The translations under genes were made by a program, and so were the position numbers. DNA of 64,000 nt, taken from assembly GCA_951406725.2 (NCBI GenBank), contig OX597830.1:52204001-52268000 (forward strand), read 5' to 3'. Positions 51,335 to 63,980 of the stretch are shown here, piece after piece. The notes beneath the pieces were generated by a model, which was given only the letters and a program-made list of their open reading frames with translations, made no database searches and was not told where the DNA came from. Origin of the DNA: Octopus vulgaris (taxonomy: Eukaryota). The number at the start of each line of letters is the position of its first letter. Position 1 is the stretch's first letter.

Positions 51335-54300
51335 TGATTGATTGATTGATTGATTGATTCTAGTTTCAGCCTATGAGCTGTGGCCATGCTGGGGCACCGC
51401 CATTTGGTGTTGCTACTTGGTTTCACTTCATGGAGGCTTTCTAGCAACTGCTATTTGGTGCATGAGAGAGTTCGATGCAGCTGCCCTCATCTGCCCCTCC
51501 TGCCGTGAAGTTGGTTCATCTGGGACACCTGACAGGAAGAGATCCAGCTTCATTTTAAAGACATCTGTATCCACCCCATGCAGGTCTCTCAGGTTCTTCG
51601 GGAGGATATTGAAGAGCTGTGGGCCTCGGAAGCCCAGGCTATCACAGAATCTTGTCCTACATCTTGATGGCAGGTTTGGAGTCCTAGGCACCACGCAGTG
51701 GCGCCCAGTTCTGGCATTTGCGTAACTCTCAATGCCAAAGTTCAGGACACTTCCCTCCAGGATCTTCCAGATGTATATTATGGCATATCTTTCCCGCCTA
51801 CGCTCCAGGGAATATAATTTTAATCTCTTGAGTCTTTCCCAGTACCTTACATTCTGCATAGAGGCTATCTTCTTCGTGTAGCTTCGTTGGATCGCCTCAA
51901 GTTATGTGATCAACTTGACACTGGATGGTGACCATAGCTGAGAGCAATAGTCAAAGTGGCTTAGGACAAGTGTCTTCCAGAGGACCATCATGGTTTCTTG
52001 TTCTCTTGTTCTAAAGGTTCTAAGAATCCATCCAGCCAGCCGTCTACATTTCATTGTCAGTTTAGCAACATGTACATGAAAGGTCGCGTCATCACTCATG
52101 TGAATACCCAGGTCACGCACTGATTGTGCCTCTGGGATTGCAATCCCTCCGGGTCCAGTGTATTCATTGGGTATTGCATTCAGTTTTGCATGCTGATAGT
52201 ATAAAGCTTGAAACTTTCCAGCATTGAACTGCATGCTATTGTTTTTAGCCCACTTGTATATTTCGTCCAGCTCACATTGCAGGTGTTTAGTGTCCTCAGG
52301 GTTCTGTATTGCCTGTGAAACTTTTGTATCGTCTGCATAACTTGTGATCGTGGCTCTCTGCGTGGCTGAGGGCATGTCTGAGAGGGCCATTATGAACAGT
52401 AGTGGTCCCAGAACAGTGCCCTGCGGAACACCGCTCACTATTTGTGTGTTAATGGAGGTGGCCCCATTGGCTACTACCACCTGATTTCTATCCTTCAGAA
52501 AGTCATGAAGCCATTCTCCCAGTTTTCCAACTATGTTGAGATCACGCAGTTTGTGACATATCATTCCATGATCGACTTTATCAAAGGCCTTTGCAAAGTC
52601 GAGATATATCACTTCCACATTTGAGTGGTTGAGCAGCCGTTTCAGCACCCAGTCATAGTGTTGTAGGAGCTGAGTTAAACAGCTTCTCCCTGGTCGGAAA
52701 CCATGTTGGGTGTCGGGCAGCAAGTCATTCTCTTCAAGGAAGGTGATCAGCTTCCTTCTGACTATTCGTTCCATGACCTTGCTGATGTGTGAGGTCAGAG
52801 AGATAGGTCTATAGTTCTTGGCTTCCGCTCTGCTACCTCCTTTATGAATGGGGCATATTTTACCTTCCTTCAGTTTTCCTGGAAGTTTGCCAGCTGCAAG
52901 GAAGCTCTGAAAGAGGAACTGCAGTGGTCTTGCTAGGACTCTCTTACATGCTTTTAGGAGGATTGCCGGGAATCCATCGGGGCCAGTAGCTGAGTCTGTT
53001 TTCATTTCATCTATAGCCTTGGTTACATCGTCTTCCTTTATATCGTCGCCGCCTCTGATTTTATATCTGCAGTGGTAAAAAAGTCAGTTGGATTGGTGAT
53101 TTGGAGATGCCCAAGGGGTGGAGTGAAAACACTTTTGAATTGCTCATTCAGTATTTCACTTACCCTCATTGGTTTTCCTGTAAGTGTGCCATCCTTTTCG
53201 AGGAGTGGCCCTATTCTACAGTGCACTGTAGCTGTTTCTTTGGCATACCTGTAGAAAGCTCTGGGGTTAGATTTTATGTTTTCTATAGCCCAGGCTTCTT
53301 TGTCTGCTCTTTCTTTTTCATGGGAGAGTTGCAGACATTTTTCGATTTCCAACAGTTTTATTTTTAGGCGGGACTTTTCACTGCTTTCAATCTGTTTGTT
53401 TAGGCGATTTGAAAATTTCGTACGCCGTCTCATTAAAATTTTCCTCTCTCTGGGGATTTTGTTCTTGTGTACAGTGGCCTTTCTCTCTGGGACACATTTG
53501 TAGCATATGGCTTGCATTACAGACATGAATTGTTGAAGTTTCACGTCGATGTCTGGCGAGGAGAGACATTTAGGCCAGTTTTGTTTGAGGATCTCTTTCT
53601 CAATTTGTTTCCAGTTTGCCTTATGGTAGTTCAAGCTGGAAAGATTTTGAGGTTTCTTGTAGGCTGCATGTCCGTGCTCTCTTTTGGCCCGTACATGGTC
53701 AGCTCTATCATGTTGTGATCCGAGAGTAGTGTCGGTGTCACTTTCACATTATGGATGAGATCCATGTCATTTGTGAAGCAGAGATCCAGTGTGTTACCTG
53801 CCCTGGTTGGTTGGAGTATTACCTGCTCCATGTACAGGGTGTTGATGAGGTTCAGGAGGGACCTCGCCTGTCCTCGTTCACATCTTGTCATTCCTGGGAG
53901 AGAAAGGCCCTCGGGCCATCTGACATTGGGCAGATTGAAGTCTCCCATAAGAAGCACACCTATGTGTTGTTCTAATGTGGTTAGAATTTCTTCTATTTTT
54001 ATAAGGCAGTCTTCAAACTTGCCCACATGGCTTGGGGCATCTGGAGGGCGATATGTAGCACACACAACTACATCAAGTTGCTTAATATGTACAATTAGTG
54101 TGTCACACACCGAGTTTGAGTATGACAAGAGGACCTGGGGTGTGAGGTCCTCACGGATGTACATAGCAACACCTCCATGACTCCTTTCTTTCCTGTCGGT
54201 CCGTAGTACAGCATACTGTGGTATGTGTAACTCCGCATCTGCTATGTCCGGTTTCAGGTGCGTTTCTGTAAGTGCTATGCATATGGCTTGATTGCATGCA

Positions 54301-55000
54301 ACAAAGTCTCTCAGGAACGGGATCTTTGTCCTGTTACTGAGTGTTTGCAGTCCTCTGATGTTCAGTAAGAGTATCGAGGTGAGGTGTACGTTGTTGCCGG
54401 CGGTGTCCATCCTGTGTCTGTTTGCTGTGGTGGTCTGGTATATAGTGGGTAGTCCCACCTGCGGGCTTGGGTTTGATGAAGCCAGGTCAGCTGCTGTACA
54501 ATCTTTTGTGCCATGCACAAAAAAGATTGTTGCTCAGCAGCTGCTCTTTCGACAACATCATGTTGGCTGTTTGTGGCGCGCACAACATCTGCGTACCTCC
54601 GCTTTGAGGCAGGTGGTGCGTGGTCCATCCCTTTTCTTTGTGTTGATGGTTTGTCCATCTGCCTCGTGTCTCTGTGGCAGGGTCCCCGATGTGCAAAGCG
54701 GCAGCCTGCACCTTCCTTTCCATGCCAGCAGGAACCTCTCAGGTAGAACATACACAACCGTGTGCGCTGTTTGGTTCCATCCTTTGCGGTTCCACTTCTA
54801 TTTCTGGTTGTTTCACTCTTTGGTCCTGCTTGAGCTTTTTCTTTTCCTTTAGCTCTTCCAGTCCTTCTTTTAGTTCTTCTTCCTCCTCTACCTCTTCACC
54901 GGGTTCTCCGTCTCCATGGCCCTTGCTGCCGGTTGGAGAACTTGCACCTGGGTTCACTTCCCGGGCAGGTTTCTCATTCAAAACCTCCTCCCGGGCGTCC
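51331..55000 (-). mobile_element. CR1-type LINE, near full length (5'-truncated ORF1, complete but frameshifted ORF2, 3' UTR, (AATC)n tail)
   Basis: APE and RT motifs in order, short 3' UTR, tandem-repeat tail; flanked by (TA)n on both sides. Confidence 0.95.
51428..54410 (-). pseudogene. LINE ORF2: AP endonuclease plus reverse transcriptase, three frame breaks (~53634, ~53040, ~51900)
   Basis: APE: LNIRGL, IALTETHL, RTDR..RSHGGVAMYI, YRPP, MGDFNLP, LDLCFTN, SDHNMI. RT: GPDG, NYRPISLTS, QHGFRPGRSC, YLDFAKAFDKVDH, GVPQGTVLGPLLF, YADDTK. C-terminus: YWERLKRLKLYSLERRRER. Confidence 0.92.
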
Positions 55001-55002
55001 AT
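54362..55002 (-). pseudogene. LINE ORF1 C-terminal part with CCCH zinc finger (one frameshift near 54750)
   Basis: Glu/Lys-rich segment, then CMFYLRGSCWHGKEGAGCRFAH (C-x7-C-x8-C-x3-H); overlaps the probable ORF2 start. Confidence 0.65.
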
Positions 55003-55034
55003 ATATATGTATATATATATGTATATATATATAC

Positions 55035-55190
55035 ACCGCAGCGTTACTCATTTTTGGTAGCTGAGTGGACTGTAGCAAAGTGAAATGAAGTGTTTTGCTC
55101 AAGAACACAACGCATCGCCCGGCCCAGGAATCGAAACCACAATCTTACGATCATAATGCTGACACCCTAACCTGGAAACCACGCGCCTTC
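55035..55190 (-). mobile_element. tRNA-derived SINE family E
   Basis: Minus strand: GGCGCGTGG...GTTAGGG...GGTTTCGATTCC...GCGTTGTGTTCTTGAGCAAAACACTT. Confidence 0.75.
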
Positions 55191-55324
55191 ACACACACAC
55201 ACGCATATACATATATGTATATAATATATATATGTATATATATATGTATATATATACATATATATGTATATATATATATATGTATATATATACATATATA
55301 TATATGTATATATATATGTATATA

Positions 55325-55483
<159 letters not shown>

Positions 55484-56061
55484 ATGTATACATCTACTCT
55501 CCTCAGAACTTTACCTTCTACTACCTAATTTTTATTGTTTTCCATTTATGTTTATAGCTTCATTTTAAATTTTGTTGTATATATTTATTTATTGGTTAAT
55601 TAATTTTATTACTCATTTTGCTTTCCTTTAGCTATTCATTAGTTGAAACATTACTGGCGTTATTTCTATTCGAAGAGGTGAATCGCGAAACTTTGCGTTT
55701 TAAAAGTTCTTCGAGTACTTGTCTATTGTTGTCGTTGTCGTCGTCATCGTCCTTGTCCAAAAGAAACAGAACAACTCCGATGCAGGTATCCTATGATCAG
55801 AGGTATACCAACCATGAACAGTTTGTAGAAATACTAAGTTCTACGTTACCAATTATCATTTCCTCCTGTAGGTGATACGATGTTATTTGAAACAATTGGC
55901 TATTATTTCTAAAAGGTCACCTGACTACATACAGACTTACACCACCCGCCCTCCCTCACCTAACATGTTGACACCGCCATCTCACTCCCCTAACCTCTTT
56001 TCTGAACAGAACAATGAATTAAATGCATTTCAATATACTTATATATATATATATATATATA

Positions 56062-56489
56062 GAAAAATACAAATTGGGACAAGAACGTAAAACATTTAGA
56101 AGACGATACAAAAAACACGGACGGGACATTCGAAGCCTTCAATCTTCAGTCAAGAACCGGATCATCCTAGCAATTTCGGCTGATTAATCTTGAGATCGCT
56201 CCGATCCGGCCAGCCCCTAGGAAAAACTAAGCTATGAGCATTAGATTTCTTGGAAGAAGGATCGAGTGTATACGAAACAGGGACAGAAAAACGGACGATG
56301 CCACACGAATATAAAATACAAAAAACAATAATGGTAAAAACATGACAAAAACAGCGGGTGTCTAACGACTAATAAACACTACAACAAGTTTAGCTGGCGT
56401 ATTTGGAAAAAATGCCTTTATCGGCAGACGAAGACAACGATGTTCTCACGGCAGTGGTCGGAGTCCGTACCCTCGTTGACCTTATGTAA

Positions 56490-56490
<1 letters not shown>
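56062..56490. mobile_element. Unclassified insert in (TA)n
   Basis: About 430 bp of GC-richer sequence bounded by (TA)n on both sides; no coding motif recognised. Confidence 0.35.
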
Positions 56491-56540
<50 letters not shown>

Positions 56541-56564
56541 CATATATATAGTAATAGCATTAAT

Positions 56565-56781
56565 AATTCGTTCTACTTTATGCACAAGGCCTCAAAATTT
56601 TGGTGGAGGAGATAAGTCGATTACATTGACCCCAATTTGTAATTGTTATTTATTTCATCGGCCCCAAGAGGATGAAAGGTAAAGTCGACATCGGCGGAAT
56701 TTGAACTCAGAACGTAAAGACGGACGAAATGTCGCTAAGCATTTAGCTCGGGTGGCTAACGATGCTGCAAGCTCACGCCTT
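56565..56781 (-). mobile_element. SINE family A
   Basis: GATGAAAGGTAAAGTCGAC..CGGCGGAATTTGAACTCAGAACGTAA matches 42262-42483. Confidence 0.8.
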
Positions 56782-56791
56782 AATAATAATA

Positions 56792-56873
<82 letters not shown>

Positions 56874-56883
56874 CAACAATAAT

Positions 56884-57366
56884 GCCTCTCATGGCTCCTG
56901 ATCTGAAGTGCTTGGAAGTGTTATCATGTACATTGTTTTGTCTTGGTATAAAAGATGACCTACAGAAAATATTCTGCTCAATACCTCAGATTTGCTTGTC
57001 AGTTGTTTGATCTTAACCAGTTGACCATGTCCCTTAGTGGCTGACGATATGTGCATCTCTGATCACGAGCAGAAGTAGTGGGGGAGCATCATAGCCGTGG
57101 GTGGTTCGTTCAACATCCCTAAACAATCCTTATTCAGGGACCTTTTGAGCAGGATGGGCTACTCGACCAGAATAAAATTCTAACTGGGCCGACACTTGCA
57201 AGGTCATGTGCTGTTTATCTTGATATGAGATCGCCATGTCGCGCACATATGGTTGTGATGCATGTGCCTGGTGTACCCTTATCACACGGGTAGTCATAAT
57301 GGATACACTGGGCTTCGTATATTTTACCCTAATGTCACTTTCATGGCATGCACTGCTCACTCACTC
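56884..57366 (+). mobile_element. Family D, long copy
   Basis: Aligns to 15575-16095; flanked by (AAT)n. Confidence 0.8.
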
Positions 57367-57440
<74 letters not shown>

Positions 57441-57502
57441 TGATAATAATAATAATTTAAAAGAGTTGGCGTAACTTCTCACAAAGGTAAATACACAATA
57501 CG

Positions 57503-57809
<307 letters not shown>

Positions 57810-58350
57810 TTGAAATACATTCTGACAAAAGATATAACGGAAACAAAGGATTGATCAATAAGATCCGCTTCAATTTTAGTAAGCGAACTGGTTGGAAAGA
57901 AAGAAAGAGAGGAAAGCAGACATACAGAAGAAGGCATGGTGGAAACAGACTATTGCAGGCGATATTAAAACTTTGCGTAAAGATATGAGTCGTATAGAAG
58001 AATGGTCCAAAGGGCAATGGAAAAATGCTAAAAGAGGTGCAAGGACCCAAAATATCAAATAGAAATAAAGGGTTTAAAAAAAGCTTGTCGAGACCCTAAA
58101 ACAACGTGTGCGGGCAAAATCTTTAAGGGTACATACAACCCTACACTGTTGGTAAATTGCAGTTCCAGTAAAACCGGTTATTCTCAAATAACCAGAGGCA
58201 GCTTTTTTAAGAGCTTAGGATGAGATGCAGAAGATAATACACCTCTTGAAGCAGCGGAAATCCACCAATTTCGGAATAACGTCTGGGGGCAGGATGTTTC
58301 ACACAACCACTGAGCGGAGTTGTAATTAGAGGAAGATTTGATTGCTATTT
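57810..58350 (+). mobile_element. R4/Dong-type LINE pre-RT fragment
   Basis: WWKQTIAGDIKTLRKDMSRIEEW and NRLFSNNQRQLFKSL...FRNNVWG; follows (AAT)n. Confidence 0.7.
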
Positions 58351-58982
58351 TTAGCAAATCTAACAACGTGTTTTAGTCTCCCTGCTCTTGTGTTTTCTTT
58401 CTTTTCCCGTTGCTTGGCTGATTGATTGACGTTGATGTAGTGGAGTAGCTGAAGTTCCATTGCTTGATTTGCCGTTCGGCTGTTCGGCTGGCTGGCAAGC
58501 TGGACGGTCGGTCGATCGGTCGGTTTGGTTTGGGAGGTAATGGACTATGGTTGGCGGTGTAAGGTGTATGGCCAAGGTTCTCAAGGAAGTTCTTCAACAC
58601 ATTTGATTCATTTAATTAGTGTACTGACATTTTCTCAGTAGATATATGGCTGCTTCTTACAGACGTAGCAGCCGCAATTAACCACTGTTTGCTTCTACCT
58701 CTTCCTCTTTTCCTACCAAACATTTCTCTCATCAACTTGTTTCCTATGACGTTATTAAACACCTCAACATACACACCTGTACGCACCTTAGCCGCGCACG
58801 CACACACAAGTTAACACACATACACGCATACACACTTACACATACTTACTAATTCATACACACAAACCACTGCACATACACACAGAGAAACAGAATTATA
58901 CAGAATTATATATAGATAAATATATATATATACATATATAAATAAACATACACATATATGTGTATATATATATGTATGTGTG

Positions 58983-59132
<150 letters not shown>

Positions 59133-59299
59133 AATACACACATACACACTTTTGTGTTTGCGTAGTATGGATGCATGCATTCATATCTATCCGCATATGT
59201 ATTATGCTTACATAGACACACAATCATATATTCTTACATACATGCATACATACATACATACTCATAGTCATGTATAGAGTGCCACCAATTATTGGTTAT

Positions 59300-59798
59300 T
59301 CTTCTTGCTGGTTTTGCTGATGTTGATTATGACGTTGATGACGTTAAGCATCATCACGCTCCTCCTCCTCCTCTTCATCATCATCATCATCATCATCATC
59401 TTCATCATCATCATAATCATCGTCATCATCATCATCTTCATCATCAGCAACAGCAGCAGCATCGTTATTATCATTATCGTAATTATCATTTCTAAGACCA
59501 GCATCTCCAATATCATCATCATTATCACCACTACCAATGCTATAACCAACTTCATCACCGTTATCTTTATTATTATCATCATTGTCATCATCGTCTTTGT
59601 CGTCGTCGCCCTCACCATCATCATCATCATCGTCACCGTCAGTACCACCATAAAACCCCTTAAACACTCCGCGATCCTCCCTATCCTTACCATTACGATC
59701 ATTCACATCATCAACATCGTTGCCACAATTACCATCAAAACCATTGTCATCATCCCCATCTTCCCTATCACCATCTCCACATCACAGCTATCATTAAT

Positions 59799-59854
<56 letters not shown>

Positions 59855-59856
59855 TT

Positions 59857-59920
<64 letters not shown>

Positions 59921-60320
59921 AAGTAGTAGTAGTAGTTGTAGTAGTAGTAGTAGTAGATGGAGATGACGATGATAAGAAAATGATAGCGATGATGTTTATA
60001 ATGATGAGGATGAGGATTTTAAGGACAACGATGATGATGTCAACAACAATGACAGTGACAGCGATGCTGATGATGATTATGATAGCGGTGACGACGATGA
60101 AAATGACGACGACGATGATGATGATGATGATGATGACAATAATGAATGATGATAATAACAATGCCATCATTGCCATCCCCATCATTTTCACCTTTATCAT
60201 CATTGCCATTGTAATCATCATCATCAGCAGCAGCAGCAGCAGAAGTACAGCATCGCCATCATCATTATCATCAGCATCATCATTATCATCATCATATCAA
60301 CAGCAGCAGCAGCAGCAACA
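59300..60320. repeat. Large degenerate trinucleotide region: (ATC)n, (AGT)n, (GAT)n, (ATC/CAG)n
   Basis: Direct observation; the 345-aa ORF is poly-I/V/S/M with no domain. Confidence 0.9.
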
Positions 60321-60715
60321 TCGTCCAGTTGAAATACGTTAGGACATTTTAATGATATCTCTCAGATATAAAATATCGATTTCTTAACAAAAGGTCTCCT
60401 TTTCTCTTTCAATCGCCGTACATCAAGTTTCCGGGTCCATCTGACGTTCATCTCGTTCATTTAATATAAAGAACAATTAGCAAAAGTTCTTCCTTAATGA
60501 ATGCTCCTCTCACAGAGACCATCTTTGAGTGTATAGACCAATGTATTTAGATTTGAAACACTTAGTGGCTAGTTCTACTTGGTGTATCTTTTTTCAATAT
60601 ACTCGTTGTTTATTGGTCTATCCTGTGTACATTTTACCTCGATAAATCCGACTCTTTTCGCATATCCATCTATCTATTTGTGTATTTGTGTGTATATGTG
60701 TATATATATATGTGT

Positions 60716-60759
<44 letters not shown>

Positions 60760-60825
60760 GTGTGTGTGTGTGTGTTAATACGTACTCATATTTTGAGTTC
60801 TATTTTTTCTGTTTGCACCAACAAA

Positions 60826-60889
<64 letters not shown>

Positions 60890-60892
<3 letters not shown>

Positions 60893-60980
60893 TTTTGCTT
60901 GTTTCAGTCATCAAACTGTAGAAATACCGGGGCACCATCTTCAAAATATTTAGTTGAACGAGTTGACCCCAATACTTATT
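60890..60980 (-). mobile_element. SINE family B tail, degenerate
   Basis: CTTGTTTCAGTCAT...GGGGCACC...GACCCCAATACTTATT. Confidence 0.55.
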
Positions 60981-61524
60981 TCATTTGCTTAGTGACCCGA
61001 GAGTGACCCGAAAATACTATAGCGTTCTCATGTCACAAGAAGGCAATATCCCACAACACATTTGCTGTACCAGTGCTGATTTGAAGGGATACTTGACTGG
61101 GGTGCAGAAGAAATCCACTCCATAGGCATCGAAACCTTCAAGATCTGGACATCAACAGGAATCTCCTACAGAAATAGTAATGTTGACAGTCTCTGTCCAA
61201 GAAAGCATGTATAAATAGGGGCTCGAGATCAGAGCAGATAGTCTTCGATTATCGTATAGATCTGTCACAGAGAACATCTGCTAAACAACAACAACAACAA
61301 CAACAAAAATAAACGCATAAACTTAATAATGAAGAGCGAAGATAACATTCTTAGCGTCAGCAGTGAGCTACTCAGGAATCCCTCCATTACTACAACATAC
61401 CATACCACCCCAAAAGAGTTAGACTAACATACTTCAAAGGAAACCTGGATATGAAATGCTCTGCATACCAAACAATACCATATATGGGCATGTTTTCCAG
61501 ACTTGAAGACGACATGTAATATCC

Positions 61525-61655
61525 TTTCTACTATAGTCACAAGATTTGAAATTTTCGGAGAGGATTCTAGTCGATTTCGCCGAAGCCAATACTCAGCTGG
61601 TATTTTATAGATCCCCGAAAGAATAAAAGGCGAACTCGACCTCGGTAGCATTTGA
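61525..61655 (-). mobile_element. SINE family A, degenerate
   Basis: CCCCGAAAGAATAAAAGGCGAACTCGACCTCGG matches the family A core. Confidence 0.6.
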
Positions 61656-61699
61656 AGAAGACGACTGTAATATCGACATGAAAGGCAGCCTCTCTTATG

Positions 61700-62200
61700 G
61701 TATGTGAACGCTACATCACACTTCGAGGACTATGCATTTGCAATGCAAGAATAGGAGATTGCTGCAAAATGCGTGGTAAAGAAAAGAGGGAAGCCCTTGG
61801 AATCCCAAAATACGCTCCAAAAAGATTATGTCATTTATTTGTGAAAGAATCACACATGCGATTATCAGCTGCCCAAACATGTCATCAAGGCGTTACTTCC
61901 ATATGAGACACGACGTTACTGCTGAAATGATATTAAATACCATCAGAAAAAAAGACTATACTGGAATGAATATACATACTCCATCCACCCCACACGCTGT
62001 TGATGAATATAAATATATACATGAACATCAATGCAAGGAATAATAGTGGAACATTCCCCTCAAAACTACTATCAAGTGCAACTATAACAGAATGGAGGTT
62101 GTTCTTTGGAACAAACAAGAGATGTACAGCCATAAAGTTTTGAAAGTCAAAGTAAAGAGTATAACTACGAAAAACAGCTTGGAAACGTCTGGCTTTATGT
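61700..62200 (+). mobile_element. R4/Dong-type LINE fragment (CCHC-RHD plus start of REL endonuclease)
   Basis: ERITHAIISCPNMSSRRYFHMRHDVTAEMI and WNIPLKTTIKCNYNRMEVVLWN. Confidence 0.7.
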
Positions 62201-62280
62201 CCGGTTTATAAATTAACATTTATACAAGCAATAGTTGGCATAGTTGGTTTTGTGAGGAGATGCCTAAGTGTCAATTAGAA

Positions 62281-62358
62281 AATTTATACACAGTGTGGTA
62301 GAGTCAAAGGTTTTTATTTAAATAAAAACCTTTGACTCTATAACACTGTGTATAAATT
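62281..62358. repeat. 78-bp near-perfect palindrome without spacer
   Basis: Arms of 39 bp match at 37 positions; centre 62319/62320. Confidence 0.95.
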
Positions 62359-62502
62359 CTGTACTTGGAATGACCAAGTTTAAATACTGCGGGATCTCAC
62401 TTATAAGGTATTGGAATCTTACATTGTGTATAAACTCTATATTTGGAATGACCCATTTTAAATTCTGCTGGATTTTACTCATAAGGTATTGGAATCTTAC
62501 AT
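62347..62502 (+). repeat. Two diverged 78-bp tandem units
   Basis: TGTGTATAAA...TTGGAATGACC...ATAAGGTATTGGAATCTTACAT at 62347 and 62425. Confidence 0.9.
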
Positions 62503-62745
62503 ATATACCATTCTGCCTAAAAAGTGATCTACAACTTCAATATCCCTACATGTCTCACATCTATTTTCTTTCCTCCACCTCACTCTCTATTTTGTATCCT
62601 ATCTAAATTAACTATTACTTAACCATCCTCTCACACCATCTCCAATGAAGGGATATAATTAATAAATATCTTGGAAACAGCTGTAAGACCTATCTATAAA
62701 TGTTCTAATATCTACACAGCCTTGATTTTTTATCTCATTACGCAA

Positions 62746-62867
<122 letters not shown>

Positions 62868-62889
62868 TACATACATATATTCGTATATC

Positions 62890-63017
62890 TACAACAGGCA
62901 TCTTTCATTTACTTTCTGTCTAACAAATCACAACAATTTGGTCGGCACTCGTGTATGAAAGGTACTTGCCCAAGATTCCAAGCAGTGGGATTGAACCCGG
63001 AACCATGTGGTTGAGAA
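62890..63017 (-). mobile_element. SINE family B head fragment
   Basis: ACTTGCCCAAG...GCAGTGGGATTGAACCCGGAACCATGTGGTTG. Confidence 0.75.
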
Positions 63018-63271
63018 GTATAGATTTTACCAGTGATGACGAAGCTTATATATATATACATATATATATATTCTGCGTGTGTTTGTGCGAATGTGTGCAA
63101 ATATTTCTAGATTTGGCTGTAAGTTTATGTTCTTGTTGCCTTTTTTTTGTAGGTATATTTAAAATGGCGATAATGTCTTTTACGATTATGCGTTTTCTTC
63201 CCATTTATTCCAATATTTTGAGCCAATTGACCATACATGCACACATGTATGCGTGAATATATATATATATG

Positions 63272-63451
<180 letters not shown>

Positions 63452-63717
63452 GTTTAATGGCAATCCAGTGCCGGAGGAGAATCATAAATGTCTGTTTTTA
63501 ATCTCAGAGGGAAGATGTCTTCTTTAAATGAGTTCGTAGCCATTTTACATAAACGTATTTGTGTGTGCGTGAGTCTGTGTGTGAACGGATGTATGTGTAT
63601 GTGGCATGATGGAAATGGTACTAAGTATGTATGAATGTACTTAGGTAAGCTTGTGTTTGTGAATGGCTTTATCTCAAATATGACCCGAAGGATGTTCAAT
63701 ATAAGTTAGCAAACCTT

Positions 63718-63795
<78 letters not shown>

Positions 63796-63932
63796 GTGTG
63801 TTTGAGTAGGTATGTATCAATGTGTTTGTCTATGTGAACGGTTTTATGTCAAATATGTCCCCGGAGGACGTTTGAATTATGTTTGCAAACCTAGAGTTAA
63901 CAAGCTGATAAGCTTACACATCACACATATTC

Positions 63933-63980
<48 letters not shown>

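Noticed and set aside
53751-55060. Plus-strand ORFs of 128-186 aa overlapping the LINE
   Set aside because: Antisense shadows of GC-richer LINE coding sequence, with no independent motifs.
56120-56155. CTGAAGA...GAAT motif on minus in the TA-embedded insert
   Set aside because: Lacks the GAAA core and a convincing stem III.
59305-60342. 345-aa hydrophobic ORF resembling a membrane protein
   Set aside because: It is a stop-free frame of degenerate ATC/AGT/GAT repeats, with no motifs or splice context.
61000-61290. Possible minus-strand exon after a TTGTTGTTTAG acceptor
   Set aside because: All three frames stop early and no protein motif is recognisable; the (CAA)n run may just be a retroelement tail.
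62347-62502. CRISPR-like reading of direct repeats (also 3374-3445 and 46121-46278)
   Set aside because: Only two units each, no unique spacers of regular length, no cas genes, and eukaryotic context.
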